A stretch of 64,000 nt of DNA. It comes from an uncultured Candidatus Saccharibacteria bacterium. Lineage in GTDB: Bacteria > Patescibacteriota > Minisyncoccia > Phycocordibacterales > JACOZG01. Made by a program: the position numbers and the translations under genes. Below are positions 63,899-64,000 of this stretch, piece after piece. The notes under the pieces are model-generated. The model saw nothing but the letters and a program-made list of their open reading frames with translations. It made no database searches and was not told the origin of the DNA. The stretch spans positions 1,371 through 65,370 of the forward strand of contig CAYHYA010000002.1 of the NCBI GenBank assembly GCA_964360815.1, read 5' to 3'. Every line of letters starts with the position of its first letter. Within the stretch, counting starts at the first letter, position 1.

Positions 63899-64000
63899 TC
63901 GTGTTCGCTTTGGATGCGGCCCCAGAGGGTGCGGAGTTCGTTGATCGCCATTCCCCCCTCGTCTTTGTTTGGCGGTTTGCCGTGCCACTCATAACGCCGT

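Noticed and set aside
63729-63992. Short ORFs at the extreme 3' edge overlapping the large gene's 5' end
   Set aside because: Overlap the signal-peptide region of the large gene in other frames, and the window edge prevents evaluation.
1-64000. tRNA, rRNA and CRISPR arrays
   Set aside because: I scanned intergenic regions for tRNA T-arm/acceptor patterns and for short regularly spaced direct repeats and found none. The only repeats are the 503-bp and 57-nt coding repeats described above.

Overview
This 64 kb window is gene-dense, almost entirely coded on the minus strand, and has a composition of roughly 45-50 % GC with several AT-rich islands at 30-38 % GC. The gene content reads like a small-genome bacterium, consistent with Candidate Phyla Radiation (Patescibacteria). 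No tRNA, rRNA or CRISPR array was found by eye.

Housekeeping genes account for most of the window:
- **Translation and core machinery:** cysS (partial), gltX, aspS, trpS, alaS and leuS, all noticeably short, plus tRNA 2-thiouridylase mnmA and the cluster infA-rpmJ-rpsM-rpsK-rpsD-rpoA-rplQ-rplM-rpsI running into grpE-dnaK-dnaJ.
- **Cell wall and division:** a dcw fragment (dacA-like, mraY, ftsW, murG), scpA/scpB, an M23 peptidase, an S41 C-terminal protease, an Rpf-like protein, mltG and a transketolase C-terminal subunit.

Accessory content:
- A type I restriction-modification operon (hsdM, half-size hsdS, hsdR) carries two embedded cargo genes: a nuclease of the OLD (overcoming lysogenization defect) family, or possibly the anti-phage system PARIS/Gabija-like (ABC ATPase plus Toprim), translationally coupled between hsdM and hsdS, and a RhuM/Fic gene between hsdS and hsdR.
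- A canonical PEP-CTERM-tailed secreted protein sits next to a multi-TM histidine kinase.
- A low-GC island holds an ATP-grasp enzyme, a pyruvoyl-type decarboxylase and an EamA exporter.
- A GC-rich, Cys-rich orphan ORF shares its leader with the PEP-CTERM gene.

The most interesting region is 52.7-64.0 kb. A large secreted protein (about 1130 aa, transglutaminase-like fold without the catalytic Cys, C-terminal lytic-transglycosylase/GH23-like lysozyme domain) is followed by a promoterless, start-less orphan cassette encoding an alternative, diverged lysozyme-like C-terminus. The two share a perfect 503-bp direct repeat exactly at the junction between the constant trunk and the variable C-terminus. 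A third, degenerate C-terminal remnant lies further downstream.

Each C-terminal cassette is immediately followed by a paralog of a membrane-anchored FG-GAP-like (DxNxDGxxE) protein. Exactly the three paralogs that follow a cassette share a near-identical 57-nt 3' coding tail. The layout is therefore [503-bp arm]-[variable lysozyme C-terminus]-[FG-GAP gene]-[57-nt arm], repeated as modules. This looks like a polymorphic effector-plus-immunity (or antigenic-variation-like cassette-switching) system built around a peptidoglycan-degrading domain.

The trunk is about 50 % GC whereas the cassettes and FG-GAP genes are about 35 %. Two AT-rich genes, one with an Rx4H HEPN-like motif, are inserted between modules.
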